Source of the DNA: the human T2T-CHM13v2.0 reference genome, Homo sapiens
NCBI RefSeq assembly: GCF_009914755.1
Contig: NC_060936.1
Length of the DNA: 64,000 bases
Direction: 5' to 3' (one strand)
In this document: positions 1 through 13,909 of the stretch, in pieces
Position numbering within the stretch: position 1 is the first letter of the stretch
Layout of the letters: each line of letters begins with the position of its first letter
Program-made: the position numbers and the translations under genes
The notes under the pieces: model-generated
Seen by the model: the letters and a program-made list of their open reading frames with translations, nothing else
Told to the model about the DNA's origin: nothing
The model's database searches: none

Positions 1-94
1 AAGAGAAGAGTGAAGGGCTTGAACAAGGGACTGATGGGTGCACAGGGAGGAACAGATTTGACAGGTATTAAGGACTAAGGTGGAAGATTGAGTA

Positions 95-240
95 CATAAA
101 ATTACAAGATGACCAGTTAAATTTGAATCTCAGAACAACTGAATATGTTTCTAATGTAAACGCATATTGGGGACATACTTAATAATACAGTTAATTTTTG
201 TTTATTTGGAGTTGGCGTTATGTATTTTATCTAGCAACTT
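95..240. mobile_element. MER53-like palindromic MITE (degenerate), within an L2 fragment
   Basis: 'ccagttaaatttgaatctcaga...ggggacatactta...tattttatctagcaac' resembles the recalled MER53 consensus. Confidence 0.55.
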
Positions 241-244
241 TATT

Positions 245-515
245 AAGGAAGTAGAATAGTCAGGTCCTGGGGACTGACTGGACATAGAATGGGAGAGAGC
301 AGATGGAGGAAGGTTTTGAGGATGATTTCAAGGCTACTGGTTGGGGATCTGAGTAAATGACAGTACCACAAGCAGAATGAGCTTAGCAAGAGAAGGTGAA
401 CTATTCAGTCTTAGGCATGTTGTTTTAAAGATGCCAATAGGACAGTCCAGGTAGAGATGTCTAATGAGCAATTAAAAGATACAGAGATCAGAATAGGAGA
501 CAGGGCTTGGAGGAA
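245..515 (-). mobile_element. L2 LINE fragment
   Basis: Purine-rich 'gaggatgatttcaagg...ttcagtcttaggcatgttg...gatgcc...gtccaggtagagatgtc' is typical of antisense L2. Confidence 0.55.
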
Positions 516-829
516 TACCTGTAGAGGGCACTAATAGTACCATCCACTGGTGTTCTCTTTCAACTAGGTTCCTCCATGGCCATAAAGGCCAGGCCACCAG
601 GAGCGAAGCAGTGAACAGAAAGCTGCTGAGTGTCAAGGAGGTAAAGGGTGCATCAAATTGTTATGGTCCTTCATTGTCCTGGGCCCCACCCTGCTTCTAT
701 AAGGTTTCTGGTTTTCAAAGTCACCTCTCTGCTTTGTTAAGAGGAGAAGGCAAGAGCATCCCTGTCAAATGTCCTCCCAGCTCTTCTGAAGCCATTGTCA
801 AGTCTAGAGGATGAGTTTTAGAAACATTC

Positions 830-1020
830 TCAGTAGCATCTGGGGAAGCACTCAATAATCAAATAGATAAATATTTCTTCTGTGAAACATATGAATATTT
901 AAATATAAATAGCCCCATGTAAGTTCGGGCCATGTTTTGCAATCCAATTATTTACGGAAAAAAAATTGCTTTCAGAGATTTATGAATTTTAGAATCTCAG
1001 CTGAGTGATTATGATCCTTA
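830..1020. mobile_element. MER46C-like Tigger DNA transposon fragment
   Basis: 'gtgaaacatatgaatatt...ataaatagccccatgtaagttc...ttcagagatttatgaattttagaat' matches the recalled MER46C end. Confidence 0.5.
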
Positions 1021-1119
1021 TTTATATCAATGGTAGAAAAACCAAACAACCCTTTTTTTACTCAATATCATCCCACATTTTTCCATAAAGAATCTCCTCT
1101 TTCATTTTTCCTTCTTTTT

Positions 1120-1650
1120 AAAGGAAATAGTATTCCATTGTATTGATGTACCATAAAGGTATTAATCTATCACCAATGTAGGGATATTCTGATTGTCTCT
1201 ACCATTTAGCTATTGCTTTTACAGTGTCCATCATCCAAATAATGTACATTGTACCCATTAATTTCTCATGCCTCCCTATCCGCACCCTTCTGAGTTTTCA
1301 TCGTCTGTCATTCTACACCCCGTGTCCATGGGTACACATTGTTTAGTGCCCACTTATAAGTGAGGACATGTGGTATTTGTCTTTCTGTGTCTGCGTTGTT
1401 TCACTTAAAATAATGGCCTTCAGATTCAAGGCTTCAATGAATAACCTTATACGTATGTCCTTTCACTTATGAGTATAACTCAGATAAGTTTCCAGAGGTA
1501 GAACTGCAGGGTCCAAGCACATGCACATTTGTGATTTTGATTATTACTATCATAAATATGACTCTCCACAGAGGTGGCATGATTTCAACTCCCACCAGCA
1601 GAGAATGGAAAGACCTTTTTCTCCTACTTCCTTCCTGGGCTATTTTCAGC
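1120..1650 (-). mobile_element. Old L1M 3' fragment containing a nested L1MA-type 3' end (~1215-1425)
   Basis: 'tagtattccattgta', 'cccacttataagtgaggacatgtggtatttgtctttctgtg' and 'actcccaccagcag' are antisense L1 3'-UTR motifs. Confidence 0.7.
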
Positions 1651-1799
1651 TTGTTTGCTCTCTGCTGCATCTTTCTTCCTCTGCTAGGCTTATTCCTCTG
1701 ATCTGTGTCTCAATCTCTCCTAACAGCTGAACTCACTCAATAGGTGCCAATGAAAAGAGAATGGGGAACAAGAGGAAGGAAAAGCCATGGCATTTGTAC

Positions 1800-3105
<1,306 letters not shown>

Positions 3106-3109
3106 CCTC

Positions 3110-3780
3110 CCCTCCTTGTCTGGGCAGCATCTCCTGCAGAAGCTGCATCTCCCTCAGGCTGCAGCTCCCGCCAGACAGGTAGACCATGCTCCCAGATTCC
3201 ACCAGGTAATCATGGCCCCCGAATGCCTGTAACACTGCCTGAGGATGGAAATGGCTTCCCACTATTTCTGACTTCTGTGTTATCTCATTCTCAGATTCTT
3301 CATTATACTTGATGGATTTCCTGCATTACACTTTCTATTTTATTTAAAGCATTTTTTGTTCTTCTGCTAAGACTCTAACCAATACTTTTGTTGGTACTAG
3401 AAGTGGTCCCAGTAAACAGACTCCCAGATAAGATTCTAGAATGAAATTACTCTCTTGTTTGTGTGTGAACACATCATGACCTCCTTGAAGACAGAAAATG
3501 AGACCTTAGTAATGCGGGCATGTAACGCATCACCTGTGGTTGCTTGGGGCTAAATATATGTTAAAATAAAAATTTTAGGGAACCAAATAGTTTCTAACTT
3601 GCTACACTTGCCCAGTAAGGAAGTAATGATGATTACGAAGAATATGGAGTGTAATAACTATTTTTGATGGCACTGTAAAGTTTATGAGGAAAAATATTTT
3701 AGGAAAAAAGTCTTGTGTTTTTAGAGACCCATCTATGAGCATCAGAAATAAACACTGGCAATCTGAGAGTGTGTCTATGC
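3110..3780 (+). mobile_element. ERVL-class LTR 3' end plus start of internal region (HERV16/ERV3-16A3-like)
   Basis: LTR-like end 'ctctaaccaatac' followed by 'ttggtactagaagtggtcccagtaaacagac', resembling ERVL internal starts. Boundaries are uncertain. Confidence 0.4.
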
Positions 3781-4011
3781 TGGACAAGCTAAGCTTCAAA
3801 ATGCCTAAAGCATGCTTACTTCTTTTCTAAGCACAGTAGTTTATTTCATAGGTCACCATATGCTATCATCAACCATAGTTGATTGGACCAAAGGGTAAGC
3901 ATCTAACCCAAGGTTATCTGAACTTCAGCCAGCCATCTTCTTAAGAAGTGGCTTAGAATTAAAGCATTGCCCAAACAAATAATGACATGCAGAAGCAATC
4001 AAATTTACTAG

Positions 4012-4250
4012 ATATTGCACAACATGGTAACTATAGTTAAGAACAATGTGTCGTATTTGGGAAAATTGCTAAAAGTAGATTTTAAGTGTTCTTACCACAA
4101 AGATAAATATGTGCAGTAATGCATATGTTAATCAGCTTGATTTAGTAATTCCACAGTGTATACATACTTCGAAATAACCTATTGTATATAATAAACATAT
4201 ATAATTTTTATTTGTCAATTTAACATTAAAAATGCTAAAAACATCATAAA
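4012..4250 (+). mobile_element. L1MA-type (about MA8/9) 3' end
   Basis: 'catggtaactatagttaagaacaatg...aaattgctaaaagtagattttaagtgttcttaccaca...tatgttaatcagcttgattt', followed by an A-rich tail. Confidence 0.85.
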
Positions 4251-4264
4251 AAATCTGCTAGCAA

Positions 4265-4471
4265 TTTTTTTTGTAGCTTTTGGTGTACAGGTGGCTTTTG
4301 GTTACTGGATGAATTATATAATGATGAATTTTGAGATCTGAGTGCACCAGTCACCCAAGCAGTATACACTGTACCCAATATGTAGTCTTTTATCCCTCAC
4401 CTCCTCCCACTCCCCCACTGCCCAAGTCCCCAAAGACCATTAAATCACTCTGCGTATCTCTGCATCCTTAT
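4265..4471 (-). mobile_element. L1PB-type 3' end
   Basis: Poly(T) then 'tacaggtggcttttggttactggatgaatt...gtcacccaagcagtatacactgtacccaatatgtagtcttttatccctcac'. TSD tctgctag(c/g)aattt at 4254-4267 and 4472-4485. Confidence 0.85.
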
Positions 4472-4959
4472 TCTGCTAGGAATTTGAACTGGAGCTTTGG
4501 GGAGATAATCAGTTAGTTATTAGCTGAGGCTTAAACCAAAAGATACTCAGAAAAAGAGAGTCTTCATAATAATGAAAAACTAGAGTTGGGATTCATACAT
4601 TCTCAAAACAGTAAAACTCATCGCTAGCTCATGAGTGACTGTCTACTTTCTCTTTCCATAAAACTTGATCATTGCAAGTTCATGCTTTTTTGGTAATGAC
4701 TCGTAATGAAATTTCTTCTGATTTCACATGTGGAGTAGCTGAGTGTTGGATCCCTTATCTTCATTTGCATGGGCCACCATTCTTATAGTAACTTGGGGAA
4801 GTCTCCATTCACTACAACCAGAAGAATCCACCTAAAACAATGTCCCATTAAACCTTTTTCTATGTACTTTTATGATTTTTACTACAAAATCAAATCATAT
4901 GACAGAAATGATATCCCAATTGTTGGATTTAACAATACATTTTAAATATCTTTCTATAA

Positions 4960-5290
4960 CAATAAATGTGTATATGAAGCAACATTTTCAGTGTTTAGAA
5001 TATCCACTATACGGATCCATGCCTTATTTAACAACTTCCTTTTTTCCCTTTTCTCTTGTTGTTTGCTGTTGGTATAATAAATAATGATGAAATAAAGACA
5101 CTTGTGTACGTATCTATGTATATTAATCTGAGTACTCCCTTTGGATAAATAACCAGGAGTAAGCCAGCTGGATCGAAGAATATGATCATTTATAAGACTT
5201 TTGAATTGTATTGCTAAAATACCCTCCAGAAATTTACTAACAATTGCATTCCCAATAGCATTACACAAGAATGGCCATTTCTATGAAAAC
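4960..5290 (-). mobile_element. L1ME-type fragment
   Basis: 'ggataaataaccaggagtaagccagctggatcgaagaatatg...attgctaaaataccctccagaaa...ttgcattcccaatagca'. Confidence 0.6.
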
Positions 5291-5765
5291 AATAAATATG
5301 TGCCTTTTTAAAGCCTAAAACCTCACTGTCCTTGAGGAGTGTCCTCAGATGCAGTATAAACATCAAAGGAGCCCTATTATTGAGGGAGCAATTTGGAAGC
5401 GAATGGAACTGTTGACCATGAAGGGTTGTCAAATTTTGCAATAATTTGGTGGATGAAACTCGCTGGAGACCCTGCTTTCCAGACACTTTCTAGGAAAAAA
5501 AAAAAAAAAAAAAGACAGTATACACTTCCCAGAGTAACCAGAATTTTTGTGGGTTTTGCTTTCCTACATAGTTTGAAAGTTCTAGCAAATATTTACTTTC
5601 TTTCCAAGGTATATTTCTAAGTGGGCTAAGAAACAAAATGAGAAACTGTTAATATATGGATACTTCAATAGTGTGAGGATGAATACACCATATATATGAA
5701 AACATACATATATATTTGTATAAATAGTATATGTGTGTATGTATATTATATATGGTAAATCTAAG

Positions 5766-5915
5766 AGGCAGTATGATAAGGGAAGAATGCTGAACTGGTA
5801 ATCAAAAAAACTAGACCCAGCTCTTTACTAACTCTGTAAACTTTCAAAAATTACTTTATCTTTCGGGATTAGTAAAATAAAGCAGTCAAGCAATAGGACA
5901 CTTTCCAGCTTTTAA
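5766..5915 (+). mobile_element. MIR SINE (degenerate)
   Basis: 'gaggcagtatg...gaaagaatgctgaactgg...cccagctctttactaactctgt'. Confidence 0.5.
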
Positions 5916-8489
5916 TAAGAAATGAATCAGACAATGCATTTTAGAAGATGATTAGAGCTAGGAATTTCTCAAGAGGACACAAAAAGTTTCAATTATTTAA
6001 TCTGTGATTTTTGAAAATTATGTCTTAAGAAATTGTCACTTCTAGGTGAGCTGACACAAGCCATATGTGATGGCTGACAAGGAGCAAGAACACTGGGTTC
6101 AACTCTGTGGTCCCACAGTATTGGCCTTACCCAGTCATGGCTGAAAACTCTTCCTAGTGAGAATCTTGCTGGGAAGACTGCATGAATTCTCAAATCTCCT
6201 GTTTGAATTTAGTCCTGAAAATGTTAAAAAGTATGTAAAGAAAGACCCATTCATCTTCCTAAATGAGGAGTCATATGCTGGGAATTAAATTTTTATGCTA
6301 AAAGACAAAAAGGTTGACACCATATTTATGATGGCTGGACCATCTTTGGCAGAAACTGTGGAAAAAAATGGAGTAGGAAGTTTGGCAGTCAACAAGCTCA
6401 TGAAATTCACTAGAGATCAAAACAGTCCTTTTTGGCATTTTAAAGGCTTTCTGCTTATTTTCTGAGGTTATTTAACCCTGCTGCCAATCTCAACTGTGCA
6501 TGAATATTTTTGTGCCTTTGAAATCACCAGCATAATGGCATATAGATGCTATACAGCGAGAAATATGAAGTTTATAAATATTAATATCAGTCAAGATGCT
6601 GTCACACCTTAGACAGGATGGGATCTCCAAAATTAAAATATAAAAAGGATATTCAGTTTTCCCTCCTCTTTTGCTTTGGCTTCGTGCTTAAATGAATGGT
6701 GAAGATAAAGAAGTGGACCCTGAAATTTATATCAAGATTCAGGTGTAAGAAATTAAAACTAAAGACCAGTTCAACCCTGGCAATTTAATATACTTCTCTT
6801 AAGATCTTTAATACCAAACTTATCAGTTCTCTCTGTTAGGCATTAACTTGTTAAATGAGTCTTAATTATACATAAGCAGATGGAGATTTGAATTAAAATT
6901 ACCTTACACTCGAGTGGCTTTAGTTCATTATAACATATCTTCCTCTTAATCATTTAGGCAGTCTCATCATCTTTCATATAGAAAGTTATTAAAATATTCC
7001 AATTTCCATATTTCTTCAGATACAGCCACTATTAAGTGGTGAGTAATGCACATTAGTAGGTGACTTATACCATCCGAGAGTTGGTGAATTATTCACGTCA
7101 GGAACAATTTTTGCACTTTTCTGTCATCTGTAGTATTGTCTTTTAAATACTTTATATTTACTTGATACGTGGAACCTCACCTCATTTAATTTTAAGTACC
7201 AATTTTAATTCCATTTTATTTCCAAAGGGATAGAAACAGAGTATCATCAACTTTATTCTGTACTTTGGTTGATCAGAGTCCAGAAAGTAGAGGTGTAGAC
7301 TCCTATTCCTTGAAGGCATTCAGTGATGAAAGCTAAGTACTTCTTAATCACATCAGCCTTCAAAAAGACTGCCACAACCCTTAAAATGAGCTACAATTTT
7401 GCTAAATATCGAGACATAGTAGCAATTGTACTTTTGGCAACTAATATTTCTGGGCCTAACAACTCAATCCAGGGTTTATTCTTCTCCAAAGTTGCTAAGA
7501 AAACCCAGCAAGGGTACACCTGGATATTGTTCTAAGGCCAATAACTCCAGGGTACAACAAGGTTAACTTAGGCCAAGTAGTAGCATTTTAGTATTTCTGA
7601 AAGTGAGAAATTTACAGCTATCCCTATAAGAACCCTCCTGAGAAAACTTTAAAGCCCGACACTGCCATGCCTTCCTTTAGAAGCAGAAGCCCCCTTGGGC
7701 TGTTATTTTACCCAAGTAGTCAATCAGGCTCCAGTAATGTTCTGTTCCAGAGGTGTCACTGGATTTACAGGCAGCAATGAGAGTGGCAGCAGAATCAAAC
7801 TAGACAACTGACAAGAGTGGAGAGTCCTGAATCTTGGCTGAGTCATCAAGACAAAAGTTCAGTCAGTCTTGCCAAGCATTGTCATATTTTATTTATAAAA
7901 TGAAGCAAAATATCATCCTTTATGTTTGACAAAACCCAGTATTCAGCACAACTCTTTCTGCATTGTTTAACCTGCGTGAGTGAAGACATGAGTCCCAAAC
8001 CCACACGTAATTTGAAAGTACAGTAAATTGGGCCTGAGTTACTCAGTGAGTTGTAGTAGCTGCAAATGGGATCCTGGAAATACTGCATGAAAGAAGAGTG
8101 ATTCTAAGAAATTACTTCTTTTAATGCAAGGAAACTTTTCTCCAACCAGTAGGTGAAAGTTACGTTAATTTTTAATTACACAGTATATTAGCATTTTGAT
8201 AATTGTAGCCTGCTAATGCATGTTTTTATAGAAATGTAAAGTAAAAAGTATAATCACATCCACACCTTGAAGGCAAACATTGAGAACGTAAGATGTGATA
8301 GAAACATTACAACTGTTCTGCTTTGTTGTTTTCTTGAATTTATAAATGCATTTGTGTGTATATACCTTCTGCCAATCCTTGTGGAAATAGAGATACACAT
8401 TTATTTTCTTTTTTTATTTGTTTATTTCACCTACTGCCACATACTAGTGAGTTACTTGAGAAAAGAATATATAAATATAATGTGCCCTC

Positions 8490-8880
8490 AAATGCAATTT
8501 AAATTGATTAATAATATTTGGAGGCTTTGAAAATTGTCCAACCAGTCTCCCGGTCATGGCTGGTAGATTTAAACATGGTCTCTTCTCTGCTGAAAGCACA
8601 TACACTATTTGGAATCCTCCAGCCAGCACATGCTCTGGACTCCAACTAATTAAGTTTTCTGCTTGCTGCCGTTGAAAGCGTCAGTCAGGTGCAATTAAAA
8701 CTGAGCCAATGACAGCAGTGGCATTTGTCAGAATCATCCTGTGGTTCAAATACCAGTTCTGACAGAAATGTCAAACTGATAGCACTCCCATCTTCCCAGT
8801 GCATGTTAGGGAAAAGCAGGGAGGACTTTTATTATAAATGCTTGGCTGATAACCTTTTTGAATCCCAGAACACCAAATGC
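8490..8880. promoter_or_regulatory. Candidate conserved enhancer (homeodomain/TALE motif cluster)
   Basis: Repeat-free block with TGATTAAT 8505-8512, TAATTA 8647-8652, CAGGTG 8686-8691, TGACAG 8710-8715 and 8760-8765, TGTCA 8726-8730 and 8769-8773, and TGTGGTT 8740-8746. Function is inferred only. Confidence 0.35.
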
Positions 8881-10794
8881 CTCACATGAAATTTCATTAT
8901 TCTAGAAAAGAATTCGGCTCATAGATGCTTCCTTCCCATGAAGTAAAGCTCAACCTAGCTCAATGGTCTTTACTTCTGTTAGGTCTTTCAGGGAATTTTG
9001 AAATAAATAAAGAAAATAACAGATAATCAGGTGGATAGAAGTAGTCTAGTTATAGAGGCATGAAACTCTTAAATGAAAATGGTCTCAGAGTTAAAACTGT
9101 TGTTATCAATCAAATTTCTGGATACATTGTTAGATTTGAGCTTTGTCTTCTGTTTTAGTGACAAATACAGTCAAAAACAAGTAAAGACACCATTGCGAGG
9201 GAAGAGAGGTCACAAACTCTGGACTCAGATTCTAACCCTCTCTAATTTTATGATTTATTACCTAGCATAGCTCCTGATTGGACTAAGTATATTACTCTGC
9301 AATGTTTGATAAGTTAAAGAGCAAATGAATGAGTGAATATCACATTACTTTCGTTTCTAATTCATGAAATGAAAGTAGTCATAGAATTTTAGAGTGAAAG
9401 ATAACTTTGTAATTACGTATTTTAGGGATGAGAAAGATGAAAAATGGAAAGAAGTTATTTGTACCCCTTCTCTTTCTATATGCATGCATGATAGTGAAGA
9501 TTGGATAAAGTAACAAACACAGAACACTTTCATCAATCTTATGGTCTAGAAAAAAATTAACATGTTCATGGGCCAAACGATAGCAGATGTGAAGTGCTTA
9601 GGGTCAAATATGCTTGAGCTATTGCATCTTAAAGATTTAATATCTACACAAGAAATGTTATGACTGTATAATTTTGTCTAACCTTTTAGCATATTTTCCA
9701 TTTATATCCCCAAATACAATGTTGTATCCCATGGAAAACATTTTTAAATGCGTACCTTTGCACGTGCATGTAAAATATTCCCTACAGAGGTGGGAAACAG
9801 AACAGAGCAAGCTGGAAGGGCACAGAGCTATGACTCAGATAAAAAGTCAAACTGATACCAACAAACCTGGCACTTGGGAGATGCTCAGTAAATACTTGTT
9901 GACTAATGAGGAAGAAAAATAAAAACAGTAAACAGGAATTGATTTATAACAAGGCTCAGTAAACCCTTTAGTGTAGAAAGTGAGATCCTAGGTTATAAAT
10001 GGAAAGAGATAAGTGATGACTAAACTACTCTTCATAGTATAAAAACAGAAAATGTGGAACAGAGGGAGGTTCTGAGTAAAAGGGAGTAGGAAGGGAGACA
10101 ATGGTCAGAATTATGCGGTAGAAAACAGGGGCCTCTGGCAGAAGGGGGCCAGTGAGAAGATTCTTAGTGACAAACAGATTGGATTACTTTTGAGAACAAG
10201 GATCTCTAATAAATAATTTTTCAGACTTTTTGCATTTCTATGCCTGAAACTCCTCAGTCAACCCAAATATCAGTATGTTCTACCGTACGCACTAATAGGA
10301 GACATAAAACAAGGGGCCGCATCTAGTTTTGAATAGAACAGAGGAATACTCTCGGGAGGTGAAACATGAATAAGATCGAGAGTTCAGTAGAGGAAGAAGC
10401 CCAGACCCAGAAATGTGCATGAAAACATAAACCTCTGGGAACTTATGGAAACATTAGGGCAAGAATGGATTTCTTAAAAATACAGAAGAGTATCGAGTCA
10501 ATTGTTCATAAACAAGAGCTAGGTGATTTCGTCTAATACTTGATTTTTTTGTTCTCAACAGTTTAATTAATGAATTGAGTAATCATGTAATTCTTTTATG
10601 TATTTTTCACATGGTCTTTCATTGAATAGCCCCACACCCAGAATTATTGTTATACATGCTTTTCAAAATATTTTGCAAAAAAAAAAAGCAGTCTTTTAGA
10701 ATATCGAATATGTTTTTACAAAAACAGTTGAGGAAAGGAAATTCTAATTCCTTTTTCAAATTAGTTTGTGGACACTAAGATAACTAAAATAACA

Positions 10795-11038
10795 CAGGCT
10801 GACCTCCCCAATCCAAAAATCCAAAAATCAAAATGCTCCAAAATATGAAATTTTTGTGTGCTAATTAATATGATGCTCAAAGGAAATACTCATTGGAGAC
10901 TTTTGAATTTTCAGATTTGAGATGCTCAACTGGTATAATGCAAATACCCAACATCTGAAAAAACCCAAAATCTGAAAAAAATCCAAAATCTGAAACACTT
11001 TTGGTGGCAAGCATTTTGGATAAGAAGTACTCAACCTG
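10795..11038. mobile_element. Tigger4a (MER46A/Zombi_A) MITE
   Basis: Termini 'caggctga...' and '...tactcaacctg' followed by TA. Internal 'aaatgctccaaaat', 'gatgctcaaaggaaatactcattgga' and repeated 'aaaatctgaaa'. Confidence 0.85.
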
Positions 11039-13909
11039 TATGTACCAGAGTCTTCACAGCAGTGTCCCTATAAAAGCCTTAAGTATACTAATTACCAAAA
11101 GAAGAGTTATGTTTAACAGTGTTTCCTAAACATATTGGAGCCTGGAACATCTTTAAAAAACTCAACAGTCGTCTTTGAAAAACACTGGTTAGTGTTAACT
11201 GGATCAGCCCATGAGAAAGAAGTTAGCCCACTTGGGGCCATGAATGCCTCTGATAACACCTTGAAAGCTTTAGACCCCCCAAAGGCACTCCATTCATACA
11301 CAAAGAACTACATATACAACTTTGAAGTAGAAGTAGGAGTAGGGAGTAGGAAACCTTGAAATTCAAAAGATTTTTAATAGTCAGAGGATATTCATTATAT
11401 GTGTATGAGTATTTATCCAATCTGCCACTGATTAACATTTGGATTGTTCTTAGTTTTTATTTATTAAGAATAATACTGTTAAAAACATACTTGTACACAT
11501 CTTTTGGTGCAGAAATGGATACATTTCTGTTGCAAAAACTAGGAGAGAATTACTGGTTTATAGAGTGTGCATATGTTCAACTTTACTAGATACTGCCAAA
11601 TAGTTTTTCAAAGCTGTTGAACTCATTCATACTCCCACCAACAGTGACCAGTGTTCCATTATATTCTCCTTGTCAATATCCTGACAACACTTCAATCCCA
11701 TTTGGTAATGCTAATTTTTGTGATTTTAGCCATTCTGGTAGGTGTATAGAAGTGTATCATGATGGATTTAAGTTTTTATTTTCTTAATGAATAATAAAAT
11801 TGAGTACTTTTCATATGGTAGATCGTCTTTAATGAGGAGCTTGTTCATTTTTCCTATGTTTCTGTTGAGTTGCCTGTAATTATTTTATTAATCTGTAGAA
11901 GTTTTTATATACAATGATAGGAAACTTTTGTTGATATATTTGATTGCACATATCTTTTAGTTATGGATTACCTTTATTCTCTTTCAACAGTGTCTTCTGA
12001 TGAATAGGCCATATTTATGTAGGCTCTATAAGTAAAATAGGTTCTATTTATATGTAATCTAAATTTATCAATATTTTTCTTCATGGCTTGTGTTTATCAG
12101 TACTGTTTAAGAAACTTTTTCATTTCCTATGGTCATGAAGATATTAATCTATGTCATATTCCAGAGCTTTATATTTTTACCTTTCACATTGAGATCTACA
12201 ATCTGGTATTAATTGCTCTGTACAGTGTGAGCTAGGGACCAACTTTAATATTTTTCTATAATGATATTAAACTGAATGATAATATTTATTGAAAAATATA
12301 AACTTTCTCACTTTGAAATCTCAAACTTTTATATATGGGTCAGTTTCAGGACTTTTGTTTCATTGGTCTACTTGTTCATTCTTGTGCCAAGATCATATTA
12401 TCTTGATAATGTAGCTTTGTGGGTTTTGATATCTAATATATCTAGTAATGTAACATTGCTTTCATTCTTAAGGGTACCTATGGCTTAATTTGCCCATTTT
12501 CCTTTTCATAACGATGTTATAATCAGCTCGTCAACTTCCACCAAAAGAAAAAAATCAACCAGGATTTAATTAATATAATGTAATAATCCTTATATAATAT
12601 AATAATTATATCATTATATAATCATTTACTATAATAATCCTTAATATAATAAGACCTCTTTATAATATCAAACTTTCCAATTCATAAACATGATATATGT
12701 AGGTATTTTCAAAAGCTTTTACTGGATTTATTCTGAAATATTTCTTATTTTCAGTGTCTTTTTATAAGATATCATTCTTTAAATTTCGCTTTTGAATGGC
12801 ATTTTGGTGGTAATGGCAAAACCAATGTATTTTTGTATATTGACCTTATATCCAGTGACCTTGCTAAATTTATTTATTAAGTATAATAGTTATATCACTG
12901 ATTCTTGTGGATTTTTATGTACATAATCATGATGCTTGCAAATAATGCTAGTTTAATTTCTTACTTTCTATTTACTATCTCTTTTATTATTTTCCTGCTT
13001 TTTGCACCAGATAAAACCACTGGTACAATATTGAACAGAAATAAAAAGTCATCTCATTTTGTTCCCAGCCTAAAGGAAAAGCTTTTAATTACTCGCTAAG
13101 CAATATGTTTGCTATTGGTTTGTTTTTGTAGGCAACGTTTATCAGATTAGAAGACTTCATATCCTTTTGTATTTTACTAAGATTTTGAAATTATAAATCA
13201 GCATTCTACTTCATCAAATGTTTTTTCTGCATATATGGAAATGATCACATCATCTTTCTCATTTTTCTGTTAACATATTACATTAAGTGACTTTCAAATG
13301 TCAAATGAACCTTGCATTCCTGAAATAATATCAGCTTGGTCTTGGGTATTATCATATTTATGTATTTCTGATTTTGGTTTTGTAATATCTCACTAGAAAT
13401 TTTACATCTATATTTATTTTAAAAGATTGCTCTGTAATTGTCACTTCTTACCATGTTCTTAACAGGATTTGGTATGAAAGTTAACTGCTTTCATAAAATG
13501 AGTTGAGAAATGTCACCACTTTTTTTATTCTCTGGAATATTTTTGTCTAAAACTAACATTATTTATTTCTCAAATGTCTCATAGAATTCAATAGTGAATA
13601 CATTTGGCTTTGGAGTTTTCATTGTAGGAAGACTTTTATTTATGGATTTAATTACTTTGATAAATTTAATATTACTTTTTCTCGAGTATGTGTTAACTGT
13701 TTTTCTAGGAATTTGTCTACTTCATTTAAATTTTCAAGTGCATTGGTTAAAATGACTTCAAAACATCATACCTTTTAATGTTCATAAGATCTATAGCAAT
13801 ATCCCCTTTCATGTTTCTGATATTGACAATTGGGCTTTCTTTAATTTTTTTTCTTTATCAGTCTTGACATAGATTTATCAATTTTATCATTCTTTTCAAG
13901 AAACCAAGC

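Noticed and set aside
5495-5513. Isolated poly(A) run as a retrocopy tail
   Set aside because: There is no TSD, upstream poly(A) signal or recognisable retroposed body.
6295-6465. 56-codon ATG ORF (MLKDKKVDTIF...)
   Set aside because: Its length is expected by chance, and it has no recognisable homology or splice context.
10225-10535. Slightly CpG-rich unique stretch after a ttttcag acceptor-like site, considered as an exon or pseudogene
   Set aside because: All three forward frames hit stops within ~40 codons, and I recognise no protein similarity or donor site.
10955-10996. Repeated 'aaaatctgaaa' units resembling a short array
   Set aside because: These are intrinsic internal repeats of Tigger4a, not CRISPR-like.
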